Shown here: positions 1 to 9,381 of the stretch, in pieces
Layout: each line of letters begins with the position of its first letter
How positions within the stretch are numbered: position 1 is the stretch's first letter
NCBI GenBank assembly: GCA_002633005.1
Contig: NMRA01000027.1
Coordinates: 91,436 to 123,834, forward strand
Direction of reading: 5' to 3'
Source: Phoronis australis
Lineage: Eukaryota > Animalia > Phoronida
Length of the DNA: 32,399 nt
Program-made: the position numbers and the translations under genes
The notes under the pieces: generated by a model
Database searches by the model: none
What the model was told of the DNA's origin: nothing
The model's input: the letters and a program-made list of their open reading frames with translations, nothing else

Positions 1-3
1 TCA

Positions 4-312
4 GTGAGCTCGTCGGAGTGGGCTACGCCCGTGGTTCCCGTGTTGAAAAACTCGGGCGACGTTCGCATTTGTGGTGATTATCGTTCCACGTTTGGCCCAC
101 CGCCAAGTAACTTACCGCCGCCACAAGCCTTCGTACCGCCAACTCGGTTGACGGAACAACTTTCTACGCCTGTGGTCGATCATACACATCCCACTGCGGA
201 TTCGAACGCTACCACCGTACGATTACCCGTACAAAATCCACCAACAGATTCGTCTGTAGTTGTGACGTGTTCCGGAAGGAGATCAATCCAACCAGACAGG
301 CTGAACTTTTAA
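4..312 (+). pseudogene. Gypsy pol remnant: RT N-terminal motif fused to a Pro/Thr-rich pol C-terminal tail
   Basis: The RT-like segment covers only 4-90. No YxDD, RNase H or integrase core lies between it and the stop codon. Confidence 0.75.
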
Positions 313-507
313 TTACTACTTATTATAACTAACTTCAGTCATCAGTAAGATCACCTTACAGCACACAGCAGTGTGATACATCGTTTTAGTTATGAATGGA
401 CACTTAGTATCGTTTTACAAACAACACTGTTGACAGTGTGTTACATGCATGTTTGTGTTTAGTTTGAAGTGTTCCTCCATGTTTATTTACGTTTGCAGTA
501 GTTAGCT

Positions 508-520
508 AAGGGTAGAGGGA
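508..520 (+). other. Polypurine tract (plus-strand primer site)
   Basis: AAGGGTAGAGGGA lies immediately 5' of the TGTTGTGT LTR start. Confidence 0.8.
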
Positions 521-688
521 TGTTGTGTATTGGCAATGCTACTTGTGGTTTTCCTTAGAATATAGTCACGTGGTATTTATGCCCACAAGCCACGTACTCG
601 TCCCCTTCTTGTATTAGTTCTCCAAGTGAATAGATGTATTATATTTTACTCTCATCTGTGTTGTTTTACTGGTTCTACGAACACAACA
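521..688 (+). repeat. 3' LTR (168 bp)
   Basis: Begins TGTTGTGT (521-528) and ends ACACAACA (681-688), a perfect 8-bp terminal inverted repeat with TG...CA ends, directly after the PPT. Confidence 0.8.
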
Positions 689-757
689 GTCCTCAATGAC
701 TGACAGGTGACTCGGGTGAAGGTTAAGTAAACTGTAAGTACGAATGTCACTGTTTTG

Positions 758-865
758 CGGGCCGGGAGTTCAAGGTACAGGGAGTCAGTAATTAGTTTGT
801 CGCATACGTTACGGGCCGGGAGTGCACGGTACAGGGAGTCAATGACGAGCTTGTCGCATACGTTA
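758..865. repeat. 54-bp tandem duplication (2 diverged copies)
   Basis: CGGGCCGGGAGT..GGTACAGGGAGTCA..TTGTCGCATACGTTA at 758-811 and 812-865. Confidence 0.85.
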
Positions 866-1424
866 ATTAACGGGAAGATAGTGATCACGGCACGTGTCGT
901 TGGAGCATAACATGCACACCCATGCATCCACACACCCATACACCCGCACACAGCGCGGGATATCAATTGAACAAAGTTAGATACTATAGGATAGTGAAGG
1001 TGAACTTGCAAGAAATGACAAACTTACTCATTTACCAATCTTTTATCCGGTTGTTTCCTCAAAACTTCACAACTTCCCCTGAAACATAAGTAGTGCAGTT
1101 AATACCGTAACATTGAATTCAGTTGATCTTAATTTCAGGTAGAAACTAAGCGAGAAAAACGTCGGGGGCCGTGGACACGAGTGCTTTAGTTCACTCCGCC
1201 AACGCACTGCAGGTCACAACACGAGTGAAACGCTGGTAATTTACCTAGCAATAGCTGGTACAAGAGACCCATTTGACCCATATATTTACATATAAATTGT
1301 AAATGAGTAATTGTGACCGGGGGTTGCAACCTCAGCCACGATAGTAATAAGTTTGAATTGCCAAAAATAATAAGCCGTCTGCCCACACGTAAGCCCTCTG
1401 TACTTACAAAAAATGTCCTGTCGT

Positions 1425-2067
1425 TAATTGGGAGTTAAAATTCGCAAACACACTACTCCAAATTTTAGTTGTAAAATCGGTGTCCGGCAAGGGTGCATTC
1501 TAAGCCCGCGTTTTTGAGTGGCCTTGTTTCCTATTTAAGAGAGCGTTGTGGCAGAGGAATCTATGTTAATGCTGATTACGAGATTAACCTCTATTTTTTG
1601 CACATAATCTCTTGTTAATCAGAGACACCGTAATTGAGCTGCAACGAAAACTTAATGTGCTTGGAGAATTTTGTAAAAATTGGCATCTTACAGTGAATCT
1701 AGAAAACAATACTAATGTCTTATTGCTTACAAGCGTGGCGGAACTGTCTGTTCGTACGAAAAATGGCACTTTAGAGATAATTTATTTGAAACCAAAGTGT
1801 ATCATAAATACCCAGGTGTCTCAATTATTGGAATCAAGCGTGAAAGTTCTTGAAGGCTCGACAAGCATTAAATTTGATAAAAGCGTGTTTAAATTAATTA
1901 GATTGCTCTTCACCACCAGTTCTTTTTAAGATGTTTGGTGGTACGATTCTACCAGTTTTGGTGCAGAGAGTAGGGGTGTCTCAATTGCCAATATTGTAGA
2001 AAGTGTTTATAACGAATTCTGCAAGTATGCCTTGCAACTAAACAAAAGGACGCCAACTGTCATGGTT
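1425..2067 (+). mobile_element. Degenerate non-LTR retrotransposon (LINE, CR1/L2-group-like) ORF2 RT fragment
   Basis: GVRQGCILSP at 1479-1508. LFFAHNLLLIRDTVIELQRKLNVLGEFCKNWHLTVNLE corresponds to a decayed FADD region. Further on, FGAESRG...VYNEFCKYAL corresponds to YGxExWG...FCK. Frameshifts and stops are present. Confidence 0.8.
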
Positions 2068-3480
2068 ATATTGTAATGTATTGTATTTGTTTATCATAGT
2101 GACAAGTACAAATAATTCAAACAGTCATAGATATAGCATTCGTAAGAAAGAAAAGCACCCAGCCCAGTTTGGCTTATTAGTCACTTTAACCACACAACCC
2201 AGATGCACCATAAATGCGAAGGTTTCTAAGTTGAAGTCTACAAAGTTCGCCACGTGAAGTGAAACATGAAATATAATAGACCCGGCTCTGTGAGTTATAA
2301 AGAGAACAATCAAACACAAAATGTAGCTCATACTATACAGAATAAGTGCCAACACAAACACAGTCTTTCGCTTGCAGGAGTTTTAACATAGCGACCAGTT
2401 TCCAAGTGCAGTGGGAGATTTCCTGCTCCAAACTGGGCCAGAAGAGGTCATTCAGAACGAAATAAATTAAGCTTAACATACGGTTCAGTTAAAAACTCGA
2501 GCTTAAATAAAATGTGTGTTCTTAACTTGGATTTTGTTTCAACAGACTTAGCCCAAACATGTTTCGAGTATTCAAATAGTTTGTTTCTAGCGACTACTAC
2601 GTTACAAAAAGTCACATTTTGAAAACAGGATTGCATGCCAATTATGTTAAGCTACTTGATTATGACGTGTATCCAACCATTTCTACCAACAGAGTACTCC
2701 CATAGAAATACCTTTTTCAATAACCTATCATCACCTGTGGTCACTAATTTGTTCCAAAGACGCAACATATTCAGTTTAAACCTGTTTCCGGTCTAGTTCC
2801 AGCCCATGTCACCAGTAACATAATGAGTGGCTGTAAATCAGTTGGCCCCTAGATAAAGACACATCGCTCTGTTTTGAAAATTTTCATTGCTACCAAAATT
2901 GTTGTTACCCCAAACGAATGACCCGCAATCCGAAATTAGTGCCACACACGAANTGGCATTTGGGTTTATGTTAGGATACCTACCCATGTACAAAAAATGA
3001 AGTTGTTTTAAATTTTGACGTATAGACTGGTTTTTTGAAAATCTACTGGTTTTTATATGGACTGTCTCTTAAATGTTTTAATTGTTTCGAATCCTAGATT
3101 ACGTATTCAAATTTTCTTTAAAGTCAAGGTGTTGATCCAGCATACAGTCTAAATGTTTGTATGAGGATTTATAACTAATGATTCTAGGCATGCGCATTGC
3201 TCGAAGAGGGACATGGTTAGTTTTTGTAATGTTTAAAACCATTCTCCATTTTTGCATCAGTTGTTTAAAGCCTTCAACTTATCTTGCATGCCATTTTCAT
3301 TTTCATACAGAAGTGCAATATTGTAGGCATAAAGAAGAACTGGATTACTGTTTGTGCCATATTTGACACCTTTACACTATGCCATATTTGACACCTTTAC
3401 ACAATTTCCTAGTTTCCAGAGCTAAGTCATTTAAATATAAGACAAAGAATGTCGGTTACCCTTTTACAGAACCGTGACCG
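2068..3480 (-). mobile_element. Degenerate LINE (CR1/L2-group-like), 3' half of ORF2 plus microsatellite tail
   Basis: The minus strand reads, in order: FVLYLNDLALETRKLCKGV; LLYAYNIALL (decayed YADD); YKHLDCMLDQHLDF; FVWG...QNRAMCLYLG...GDMGW...LRLWNKL; KSKLRTHILFK...EPY...LPLHLETGRY...ERLC. It ends in a (TACAA)n-like tail near 2068-2090. It contains an N at 2953 and a 25-bp duplication at 3355-3402. Confidence 0.85.
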
Positions 3481-3849
3481 TCAGGGCAAAAGTTGTACAG
3501 TAACAATGATGTGGATAATGTATTTGTACATCTAAATTAAGATTCTTCTAACATGTGACCATAGCATATAAAATCGAGTAATTTTTCACACCAGCTTTCT
3601 GTCAGCAAACACTGAATTAGCACGCGCTCACGCGGCCTTGGTACCCGGTCAATTTACTTTTATTGCAGCTGAAGCCGGTAACGCAGTGGTTTATTCATTG
3701 CTGGCATCTCAAAACATTTGCAGTCACGAATATTCCAAAGCATTACAAATTGTATTCAATGAGTCAGACTTTGTTTCAGTAGTATATAAACATTGGTTAA
3801 GGTGAGAATAATTCATTTTGCAACAGAACGCAGAATAACAAACGTCAAC

Positions 3850-4020
3850 ATGGCAACTCGCAATCGTGGCGAGAGCTCATCCGACGAAAACTTCTCAGGT
3901 GGATCGTTAAGTTTCACAGGCTATCATTTCGAGCCGGAATACAGTGATCAAGAAATACTAGAGAGGCGCCGTGAACATGCACAGGCAACGGAATGTGTGG
4001 ATAGTACTAAGGAAAGCCGT
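3850..4020 (+). pseudogene. N-terminal fragment of a KolX / P2X7-ballast-like protein (Kolobok accessory ORF)
   Basis: MATRNRGESSSDENFSGGSLSFTGYHFEPEYSDQEILERRR is an acidic, Ser-rich N-terminus with a Y-x-FEP motif recalled from P2X7 C-terminal-like proteins. The Cys-rich downstream part is absent. The adjacent THAP remnant supports the call. Confidence 0.45.
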
Positions 4021-4045
4021 CATTCGTTAGACTCACTGTCGACGA

Positions 4046-4234
4046 CTGCCGGCCACAGACACGGAGGTTTCACACCCTCATATTTGCTATTAACAGCGTA
4101 CATTTTATTCTTGTATACGGCGAGCCACTTCCTATCCTAAGCATTTCGGACTCTCAAGGAAGTCGAAAAAACGATATACCCGCTTTCCTCGTAGCTGCAT
4201 ATTTCGGGCAAGATGAAACAATGCACCGCAACAT
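4046..4234 (-). pseudogene. THAP zinc-finger domain remnant (transposase N-terminus)
   Basis: From the ATG at 4234 the minus strand reads MLRCIVSSCPKYAATRKAGISFFRLP*, then RKWLAV in a shifted frame, then NLRVCGRQ. This matches the THAP signature C-x2-4-C...F..FP...W...RVCxxHF. Confidence 0.75.
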
Positions 4235-4410
4235 AGCGGCATTCACTCTACAAATGAACCACTGACGTCGCTGGGTCGTTTCTCACCTTCCTCGCAAGTT
4301 AACGTGACACCTCTCGGCAAGGTAAGGTCGACCGTATGCGAGGCGATGTGGAGATAGACCGATTAAGACGGTAAAAAAGACTAATTAAATCGAATTGAAT
4401 TCTCCTTTAA

Positions 4411-4803
4411 GGAAAACACTTGTACTTATAGACTCCTACTTAAGGAAAATACTCGCTTTAGAATACACAAGTTTTACATTGGAACAGGGTCACACGCAGG
4501 TCTAACTGCTAACGAGAGGATTTGCAGCAATACTGGTCAAATTCAAAACCTGATTCATTTTATACGTCACCGCCCTGTCCTTGGTATTACCGCAGAAATT
4601 TGCTGACGAAGTTGGTAGATTGTGCAAGAGTAGTTAGATTATTTCAAAGCCATGATCTTTGTGAATTAAAAAGACTGGCGCTTTGTATTTTAAGAGCAAC
4701 AGTGCTAAGAGCTGAACTCTTATCAATGTTAAGTTGTAATGTAAACTATATTATGAGACCAAGGCTTAAATTCAATAAATATTTTTATTCTGATTCTGAT
4801 AAT
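4411..4803 (+). mobile_element. LINE 3' end (C-terminal Zn-knuckle region and tail)
   Basis: TRFRIHKFYIGTGSHAGLTANERIC corresponds to RFR...IETGRH...ERIC, followed by CPWY..R...LKRLALCILRA. Then come AATAAA (~4774) and an (ATTCTG)n tail at ~4787-4800. Confidence 0.7.
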
Positions 4804-5229
4804 TCGAAGTTTGAATGCCTTGTGAAGAAATCAGAATTTTAGTTGACATCCGCCTGAATATTATTGCGAAATTAAATACTTGATAGTTGATAGTAGAGAA
4901 TAAGTTTATTATGAATAAAAATGTTAATCTCTTTTCATTATTCGTTGGTTTTCATTGCCAGTTTTCATTTATTTCTTTAAACTTCTTGAAAAGACTCTGT
5001 GATTACCTTGGTGAATACAATGATTTACAAGGGAGCCTAGTCGGAAATATTAACATAAAGTTAAAATAAAAAGAGAGATGTACAATTAAATTACTTACAA
5101 TGTTGAAATGGATAAAACACAATTGAGTAAATAAGCAAGTTAAAAGATTACATTAAACAAACAAGTTAAATAGGCAACAAATATTAATGAAAAATAAGAA
5201 TTATGCAAATTTGAGCCAGCAAGGAACAT

Positions 5230-5289
5230 CTGGTCTGAAGGTGCTCAGTAGATTGACAACTGGTCTGAAGGTGTTCCATAGATTAACAA
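5230..5289. repeat. 30-bp tandem duplication
   Basis: CTGGTCTGAAGGTG...TAGATT.ACAA occurs twice. A related sequence lies near 5747-5772. Confidence 0.75.
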
Positions 5290-5567
5290 CTACCCTTAAA
5301 GCACAGGCACCTTTTATCAGCATTTGACGATATACTATGATAAAGAAAAAGGTATACAACTGCCATCCAATATGGCCGCCAGTCACTTCCGGAATAACTA
5401 AAAACATGTCAAGTCTGTGCGTAATTTAAGTCACGTTTTTTCTGCGACTGCAGCACGTTCACTAGCTCACCTGTTGACATGAAACCAAAAAAATACCATA
5501 AATGCCTCCAGATTTTCCTTGTTCAATCGGCAGCATTCACGGCAAAGCGTAGTTCCCGAAATGTTGC

Positions 5568-5678
5568 ATCAACTAATGCTCAAGCTCATAAGGCCGCTGA
5601 CATCACCAGAACGCTTGTATCAACTAATGGGCATTCTCATAAGGCCGCTGACATCACCAGAACGCTTACATCAACTAA
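5568..5678. repeat. 51-bp tandem duplication (about 2.2 copies)
   Basis: ATCAACTAATG...CTCATAAGGCCGCTGACATCACCAGAACGCTT starts at 5568 and 5619, with a partial third copy at 5670. Confidence 0.85.
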
Positions 5679-6640
5679 AAGAATATCGTCGAGGGCTGAT
5701 TAAAGGCACTTGGGCCTTAAAATGTTCCATAGGATAACACCTTACCCTGGAGGTGTTCTACAGATAAACAACAAGATATGTCATGTCATGTCATGACAAC
5801 ACGCCCCATGCGCTTTGCAGCGTCATCTGGTTTTAAATTAGATCAGTGATCACTACTATGATAATTTATTTTGTTCGGAAACATGTGTGTACTTTTCAAG
5901 GAAACAGCGCTAACACCCTCCTAAATGGTTTTACGGCTGCTCATGGAGCGCGTTCTGTTGGCAACTCACCGTGCTGTGGTCACGTTTGACTCTCCCTTCA
6001 TAGCTGGAGCTCGTTTACACACCGCACTAAAACATAGGATGTCGCAATCATCCGATAATGACCGTTATCTGTGATCAACATCAAAATAATCTGCTGTAAT
6101 TGGCACAAATGATCAAATTTTGTTTGTTTGCACAAGAATTTGGATACATTACCTGCGAGGGGCGTTATAAAGCAACTACATGCAGTTTCTTGCAGGAACA
6201 AAGATATGACGTCAAATTATTCTAAAATATTTTTTCCGATATTTATTATTATTGATTAATAAGTACAAAAACAAGCAAACAATTACACCTATTCATTCAC
6301 GCATGCACACCTCATGAGAGACCATTCTCGTATCTCGTATCTCATATAAAGTAAAACAACTGCTACATTGAGTTACCGTGAACAATAAAATTTTCCCATT
6401 TTGCGGAGAAGCTATCATACACAAAATGCTGAGATGCAATTAAATTTTTAGCGTTATAGTACTCATAAGTATACGTAATAAACATGTGAATATTGGATAT
6501 AATTTTGCGACATCTCTCCTTGTAAATGTACTGTTTGGCTAGTACTAGCAAAATGTTAAATAGAAAAACATGTCTCATCAAATCCAACAATAAGGGGTGT
6601 GTAAGAGAGACAGTTAGGATATTGAATGAGACACGTTTGA

Positions 6641-6784
6641 AGTGGGATTGGGACTGGGGCTAGGGTTGAGGTTGGGCTTGTGGTTGGAGCTGGTGCTGGG
6701 GTTTTGGTTGGGTTTGGGGTTCGGGGTTCAGAGTTCGGAGTTTGGGGTTAGGGTGGGGGTAGGGTTGGGGTGTTTGGTTTAGGG
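6641..6784 (+). repeat. Degenerate G-rich, telomere-like (GGGTTN) simple repeat
   Basis: Runs such as GGGTTTGGGGTTCGGGGTT and GGGGTTAGGGTGGGGGTAGGGTTGGGG. Confidence 0.8.
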
Positions 6785-7236
6785 AGAACGCGCTTAGTGA
6801 AAAGATCCAGTTAATCAATAGAAGGGGGTTCCTTACTCAACTTAAATAGTCGTTAATACCACAGGCGTCCTCAGCTTCTGATTGTCTCCAATACACTTTT
6901 TATAGTACTGCAAGTTATCGACAATCCGAGGAGTCGAGGACACGGATTTCCACGGGTGCTTCAATTCAGCCGTCTATACCAAGCACAAAACTCAATAAAC
7001 TTACACAAAATAGGGTTTCAATAAACCACTAGTAATTGTTCTTTCTTCTGATACCATTCACGGTGTTCTGCTCCAGCGAGATCCCAACAAATTCGCGGTC
7101 AACGCACAAAAATGTTCCCAAAAAGCCCACACATCAGTCCTACTTTGACGGTTCGAGGTCAAGGACGGTGCAGCANGCTGGGTGCGCGCATCTGCCGAAA
7201 TGCTGCTTATTCCTGTGCCCTGCCCCCCCCCAACTC

Positions 7237-7257
7237 AAAATCCTGGATCCGCCCCTG
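7237..7257 (-). mobile_element. Isolated terminal inverted repeat of a non-autonomous DNA transposon (hAT-like CAGGGG end)
   Basis: The reverse complement reads CAGGGGCGGATCCAGGATTTT, a terminus type common in invertebrate MITEs. No partner end is visible, and there is an N at 7176. Confidence 0.5.
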
Positions 7258-9381
7258 CTACAGGTTGAAACATTATAATTCATTCCTTCCAAAAAGGACA
7301 GGGCCCTCAATCCCTCAAATTTTTGGCCCAATATCGGCCCTATTCCCCTCTCAAAAATATTGAAATATCACGCGAAATTCCCCCACGAGGCATAAAATTT
7401 CCCCTAGTGAAAAATCTCTCTGAGTTCACATCACCTGTAACCACACAGGTGACAATTTTTAAGAGCACAAAAGGCTACTTTAAATTGAGACAGATCCTAT
7501 GAGAGCTAGCAACAGGGCGGGGGTGCTATTGATGGTGATCGGGAGGTAGATTGTTCCCGCCCTCAATCGGCGAAAAAATCGCCTCTCAGTAGGCACTGGC
7601 ACTTTTCCCCTCGGATGAACAAGGTTCCTGCACTAGAAACATGATAACTATGATTGCATTGTCCAGTTAACTGAAATTGAGTTCTTAAACGAGGTTATGC
7701 TTTGGACGAACGAATTGGGTGTTTTAATTTTAATATTCAACTTGGTCCAGATTGAATTTGAAATCTAACATATGAAATAGACGTAAGAATTATTACAACT
7801 AAGAAAGCAGAATTGATGGTCAAATAACTTTTATTTTCAATTACGAGCCTGTGGTTTATTATTTTAATAAGAAATATATTTAATAACATCAATTATTCTT
7901 TCAGATCAATGACAAATCAACTGTTAGTCCCAGTGAGTGCATAGGATCAGGCTATGCTTGATGTTAATATTCTTGATCAACAAATTAAACCAGATGTGAC
8001 TAATTGCACATGCCAGCCACCACTGTCGAATATGTCTTCAACTCGTCAACAATACGAGCAGATGACCTGGTCCGCGTAGAAAGTATTTTGATCAACAATT
8101 TACAAGAAAAAACGTAACCCTGCATTCAGCATATTACCTTATCCGTAACAATACGATCGCAGTAATTTGGTCATATTTACTTTTCATGTTTCGAACCTAG
8201 TTTTCCGAAAAGAAATAAACCCTTTTGTCAGACAACTCTTTGGCGCCTTAACTTGTTCTCTAATGTAATTTTCTACGTCTCTGTGGTTAATTGTCGACAC
8301 ATCATTAAAATTCAATATCCAGGTTGGACTCGAAAGACCGGCTATTTAACTCACGCAATGTCTACTTTCGCTTTGTTTATCGCAGTGAGCCTCGCTTTGG
8401 ATTTTAATGTCCGCCGCGTGAATAGAGTCTATGTGCGCAAAAATACAACAGGCTACACAACTTGCAGTGTAATATCCACGGTCTCTTCGGTAAGAAATTG
8501 TTATTCTTTGGAATAACGTGGCAAAAACATTATGTTCCCTTCTTTCAGAAAAATTCTTTCTTCACAACTCGGAATATGCGGCACGGCCATTCATGCCTTG
8601 CCATTTTGACAAAATTACGTATTTAGTCGGAAATAGCCGGAATTAGACGGAGTAAGCAATCCACAAATCACAGAAGTCGTTGCTTATAGGTTAGGCCTGT
8701 GACACACTTACCGATAAAAGAGGCCCCGCGATTCGCTATTTCGAGAATGAAACGAGATTTCAGAGTTCGTAGCTCAACTTGTTTGGCTAAAATAATCAAT
8801 TTGCAATATTCTTTTTTAATTTATAACTTTAAAATCTTCTTCATCTTCCATTCCGACTATAAATCGGCATATTTATTGAGAAACAAGCCAATTAATAATC
8901 TGTTTTGAATTTGAGTATTTTTGCCTGGCCGTGCGTCCTTGCGTAGGAATGCGCATTTTGCGTACGGCACACTGGTCTGAAATTATCATACAAAATATAC
9001 GAAATCTTAAACGTTTCGTTGTTTTAAAGTATGAGTGACATTTTGACTCCATATGATTTGCTGTAATCAGTCATTGGGGAAAATCGAACAAGGAAATTTT
9101 GGAGCCACACGCTCAAAAATCTGGAAACCAATCTCAGGCAGAACAAAGCGAAAATTGTTGATATGCAATAAAATGATAAAAAATACCAGGTTTTTTATTA
9201 TTTTATAGTTGTAATCAAAGCTAATAAGTCTAAAAAGTGTAGCTATTCAAAAATAATACCAAAATGTGTTTGTTGGCCATAGATCCGTAATTTCTCTTTA
9301 AACAACGTAGTTGCAGTCAGTACAGAACATACATCAGTGAATCCTACCAATGTCTCAGGTTTATAACATCGGCAGAGAGAA

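Larger units (their letters stand above)
1..688 (+). mobile_element. Ty3/Gypsy LTR retrotransposon, 3' part of an internally deleted copy (pol remnant, 3' UTR, PPT, 3' LTR)
   Basis: ORF 4-312 starts with [26 protein letters not shown], the N-terminal Gypsy RT motif (S.WA.P.V.V.K..G..R.C.DY). It ends [11 protein letters not shown], resembling a post-integrase pol C-terminus. A purine tract and a TG...CA element follow. Confidence 0.85.
3850..4410. mobile_element. Kolobok-like DNA transposon deletion derivative (right end)
   Basis: Convergent THAP and KolX-like remnants. The region ends GAATTCTCCT followed by TTAA (4407-4410), consistent with Kolobok RR...YY termini and a TTAA target. No left terminus was found. 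Confidence 0.5.

Noticed and set aside
339-346. Other CTGANGA boxes (minus strand ~339 and ~6869, plus strand ~4603)
   Set aside because: None is followed by a stem II and a GAAA box.
652-1386. ORFs 652-1011 and 1186-1386 on the minus strand
   Set aside because: No domain motifs. The first overlaps the LTR end, the 54-bp duplication and a CA-rich simple repeat.
7431-7452. 8-bp hairpin TCACCTGT/ACAGGTGA as a Helitron 3' end or terminator
   Set aside because: No CTRR terminus at the expected distance and no supporting context, so it could be chance.
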